Assembly (NCBI GenBank): GCA_902788805.1
Contig: CADALO010000002.1
Coordinates: 66,349-130,348 of the forward strand
Direction of reading: 5' to 3'
DNA length: 64,000 nt
Source: an uncultured Bacteroidota bacterium
Lineage (GTDB): Bacteria > Bacteroidota > Bacteroidia > Bacteroidales > P3
Numbering within the stretch: position 1 is the first letter of the stretch; every line of letters starts with the position of its first letter. Positions 62,855 through 64,000 of the stretch are shown here, piece by piece. The position numbers and the translations under genes were made by a program. Below the pieces are notes generated by a model that did not search any database, was not told the origin of the DNA, and was given only the letters and a program-made list of their open reading frames with translations.

Positions 62855-63634
62855 ATGTTTGGATTATTTAAAAAGAAAAAAACTCTGCCGACTTTTGCTC
62901 CGCTGGTGACAGATATGCACTGCCACCTGCTCCCCTTGGTGGACGACGGAAGCAAATCGCTCGAGGAATCGCTTGAAGTAATGCAGGCAATGAAGGAATG
63001 TGGATTTGAGGAGATAAAACTTACTCCTCACTTCAATTATCCGCGCTTCCCTAACAAGGCTGACGATATACAGGAGCGCTACAAGCATTTCTGTGCTGAA
63101 GTCGAGGCCAACAAAGGCGACAGGCAGATTCCCCGTATGACAAGCATCACCGGCGAATACCAGATAGGCGATGGCTTTGCCGATTATTTGGAAAGCGGAC
63201 AGCTTTTGACCTATCGTTTTGCTGATCCTAAACGCGGTTCGGAAAAAGGACTCTTGCTGATTGAGTTCTCCCTTCACCAGAAGCGTATGGGGCTTGAGGA
63301 CACGGTATTCAAACTGCAGATGGAGGGCTATGACGTCATACTTGCCCATCCGGAGCGTTATCCTTACTTCGACAGCCATAGCGAGGTGCTTGAGCAGTTC
63401 AAGGAACAGGGAGTGTATTTCCAGACAAACATCCTATCGTTCGACGGCTTCTACGGTGAGTCATCGCTGAAAAAAGCTTTCGACTACGTCGAGAATGGCT
63501 GGGTTGAGTTCCTTGGCACCGATATGCACAATGTGATGTATGCTGAAGCCCTGCGGCACGCCTCGTCCAACCGCAAGATAATCCAGCTTATAGAAAAGAA
63601 TGAATTTGAAAACAAAAACCTTGTCAGTAGATAA
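62855..63634 (+). CDS. CpsB/CapC-type PHP-domain protein-tyrosine phosphatase
   Basis: 259 aa. DMHCHLLPLVDDGS, ILAHPERY and GTDMHN metal-binding motifs. Confidence 0.8.
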   Translation: MFGLFKKKKTLPTFAPLVTDMHCHLLPLVDDGSKSLEESLEVMQAMKECGFEEIKLTPHFNYPRFPNKADDIQERYKHFCAEVEANKGDRQIPRMTSITGEYQIGDGFADYLESGQLLTYRFADPKRGSEKGLLLIEFSLHQKRMGLEDTVFKLQMEGYDVILAHPERYPYFDSHSEVLEQFKEQGVYFQTNILSFDGFYGESSLKKAFDYVENGWVEFLGTDMHNVMYAEALRHASSNRKIIQLIEKNEFENKNLVSR

Positions 63635-63649
63635 TTGAAAAAAAGAGAT

Positions 63650-64000
63650 ATGAACAGTTTAGATGCTATTTCGCCCATAGACGGACGCTATCGTTCAAAG
63701 ACAGAACCCTTTGCTAACTATTTTTCGGAGTCGGCGCTGATACGCTACCGTGTGCGTGTTGAAATCGAATACTATATTGCCCTTATGAATCAGTTGGGCA
63801 TAGAGTGCAACACTACAGATGCCGAGCAGCTGAGAGCGTTTTACCGCAACTGGAACGTTGATTCCGCCCAGAGGGTAAAAGATATAGAAAAGACTACCAA
63901 CCACGATGTAAAAGCCGTGGAGTACTTCATCAAGGAGCGTCTTGATGCCGTTGGCAGCACACTGCCTCGCGAGCTGGTACACTTCGGATTGACTTCGCAG
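63650..64000 (+). CDS. purB: adenylosuccinate lyase, N-terminal 117 codons (gene continues past right edge)
   Basis: Not in ORF track (no stop inside the window). ATG 63650: MNSLDAISPIDGRYRSKTEPFANYFSESALIRYRVRVEIEYYIAL...TTNHDVKAVEYFIKERL...HFGLTSQ, typical PurB N-terminus. Confidence 0.85.
   Translation, partial: MNSLDAISPIDGRYRSKTEPFANYFSESALIRYRVRVEIEYYIALMNQLGIECNTTDAEQLRAFYRNWNVDSAQRVKDIEKTTNHDVKAVEYFIKERLDAVGSTLPRELVHFGLTSQ

Noticed and set aside
1-64000. A window-wide look for defence islands, CRISPR-Cas, integrases, transposases, prophage or conjugation genes, and rRNA.
   Set aside because: None recognised. The only nuclease-like or toxin-antitoxin-like items are the stand-alone Cas4-like gene and the 40-codon HicB-like ORF, both already listed with low weight.

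Overview
This 64-kb window reads as a chromosomal, mostly housekeeping segment of a Bacteroidota (Bacteroidales-like) genome. Support: many TAnnTTTG-type -7 promoter boxes, many lipoprotein, OmpA and outer-membrane barrel genes, and a T9SS C-terminal sorting tail. I saw no rRNA, CRISPR array, transposase, integrase, phage gene or recognisable defence system. I call about 55 protein genes, including edge fragments of pgi and purB that are absent from the ORF track, plus two tandem tRNA-Lys(UUU) genes.

Coding highlights:
- A co-directional capnine/sulfobacin-type sulfonolipid cluster: an alpha-oxoamine-synthase paralog, a cysteate-synthase-like ThrC-fold enzyme and an SDR. A solitary Wza-like outer-membrane lipoprotein follows it.
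- A separate serine-palmitoyltransferase module with an adjacent uncharacterised acyltransferase-like gene.

Non-coding highlights, which I consider the least explained content:
1. A roughly 210-bp intergenic element in three copies. Its conserved core is five phased 11-nt YCAAA units. In two copies the core is bracketed by GTTAWTAAC palindromes at conserved spacing.
2. Long hairpins whose arms are themselves tandem arrays of 8- or 11-nt units (TTGTTGTCCGC, GTTGATAT).
3. A 16-bp CACGTG-centred palindrome found three times, next to RNA-modification genes.
4. Two ORF-free AT-rich gaps of about 0.95 kb, one holding iteron-like arrays and the other a 205-nt composite palindrome.
5. A 7-nt microsatellite inside lysC.

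All family assignments come from motif recognition by eye. No searches, folding or exhaustive pattern scans could be run.
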